From Phycisphaera mikurensis NBRC 102666 (GTDB lineage Bacteria > Planctomycetota > Phycisphaerae > Phycisphaerales > Phycisphaeraceae), in NCBI RefSeq assembly GCF_000284115.1, contig NC_017080.1:240001-272000 (forward strand): a DNA stretch of 32,000 nucleotides. Direction: 5' to 3'. Under the pieces are notes generated by a model that was not told the DNA's origin, made no database searches, and worked only from the letters and a program-made list of their open reading frames with translations. The position numbers and the translations under genes were made by a program. Below are positions 31,275 through 32,000 of the stretch, piece by piece; the stretch's first letter is position 1; each line of letters opens with the position of its first letter.

Positions 31275-32000
31275 GCGGCACCCTCCGCCGAGCGGCTCGG
31301 CGGGCCGGCGTCGGCGCGTTCTCTCTCGCGGCGGCGGTCCCGCTTCTGGGCTTCCTTCTGGTCGTAGAAGATGGGGCCCACGCGGCGGAGCCAGGCGGCG
31401 AGCAGGTTCTTCTTGACCGCCGCCTCGTCGGGCCCGCTCTGCGTGGCGGCGCCCCCGGGGCCGGGGTCGCCGGAATCGCCGAGCGTCGCCAAGCCCACCG
31501 GCGAGTCCTCCGGGAAGCGGACGGTCACCCGCTCGAGGAACACCGGTCGGTCCGGGTCGCCGAGGCCGGCCGCGCCCGCGGTCCCCTCGGCCTCGTACAC
31601 CTGGACCGCCGCGTTCAGCACGCCCTCGAGCACCCAGGCGTTGCCCTCCTGCCGCGTGCGGAACTCCGACACCTCCACCCGCACCACGCGGTCGACGCCG
31701 AGCCCCTCGGCGACGCGGCCCGGCGGGGCGGTCTCCCAATAGGCGTGCTCGCGCTGCCAGCCGGTGACCTCCTCCGGTGGCACCACGGCGGCGCCCTCCA
31801 CGTGCCGGGCGAAGCGCAGGGCGAGCAACGCCTCGAGCGCCGGCCCGAGCCCGGGGTGGCGACGCTTGGTCTCGGGGTCCACCGCGGCGACCACCGCGAG
31901 GCTGCGGCCGTCGAGGTCGTGCGAACGCTGGACGACCCGCACGTCGCCGGCCCCGCCGCCGCCGAAGATGCCGGCAACCGCCTCGACGCCGACGCAGCCG
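31271..32000 (-). CDS. Hypothetical (lipo)protein, 5' end beyond window (partial)
   Basis: The frame stays open upstream of the track's GTG (31942) to the window edge and reads ..GCVGVEAVAGIFGGGGAGDVRVV.., so a possible lipobox Cys sits at the edge. Very high GC3. Basic/acidic C-terminal tail (KEAQKRDRRRERERAD). Confidence 0.55.
   Translation of the reverse strand, partial: GCVGVEAVAGIFGGGGAGDVRVVQRSHDLDGRSLAVVAAVDPETKRRHPGLGPALEALLALRFARHVEGAAVVPPEEVTGWQREHAYWETAPPGRVAEGLGVDRVVRVEVSEFRTRQEGNAWVLEGVLNAAVQVYEAEGTAGAAGLGDPDRPVFLERVTVRFPEDSPVGLATLGDSGDPGPGGAATQSGPDEAAVKKNLLAAWLRRVGPIFYDQKEAQKRDRRRERERADAGPPSRSAEGAA

Overview
Very GC-rich bacterial chromosomal segment. The taxon cannot be fixed from this window. 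A PEP-CTERM protein, frequent GTG/TTG starts, no obvious Shine-Dalgarno sites and the gene content fit a Planctomycetota/Phycisphaerae-like organism (inference). I can support about 29 protein genes, one tRNA-Leu(CAA), three parS-type sites and several non-coding repeat or hairpin elements.

Gene order:
- partial membrane protein, then PEP-CTERM secreted protein (+)
- transketolase-family enzyme and a lipoprotein (-)
- sensor histidine kinase plus REC-GGDEF response regulator (+)
- about 1.18 kb of apparently non-coding DNA bracketed by parS palindromes
- parB (-), with no parA
- about 0.65 kb non-coding DNA with an orphan promoter/terminator pair
- hldE, FtsX-type permease, YfcH-type epimerase (-)
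- two ABC exporter genes (+)
- LpxR-family outer-membrane protein (-)
- DUF502 protein and HPF (+)
- USP and two YkgJ-type Cys-cluster proteins (-)
- tRNA-Leu, RimB-like protease, RimK, DAHP synthase, amidohydrolase, flavin-reductase-like protein (+)
- DUF58, MoxR, a GT-B-like hypothetical and two paralogous lipoproteins (-)

I see no rRNA, CRISPR, IS/transposase, integrase, phage, or recognisable defence or toxin-antitoxin genes. Most of the 600-1600 aa ORFs in the supplied track are GC-driven shadow ORFs.

The most unusual content is non-coding:
1. Four copies of a bipartite palindrome CCGCGGACCG-N26-CGGTCCGCGG, with invariant arms and spacer length but unrelated spacer sequence.
2. An orphan parB flanked by large non-coding regions and near-perfect parS sites.
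3. An 11-unit 8-bp tandem array plus an inverted 4-unit block between moxR and the DUF58 gene.
4. A ~160-bp long imperfect hairpin upstream of tRNA-Leu.
5. A candidate ~100-nt sRNA with a textbook terminator.

All functional calls rest on motif-level recognition by eye. No database search was run.
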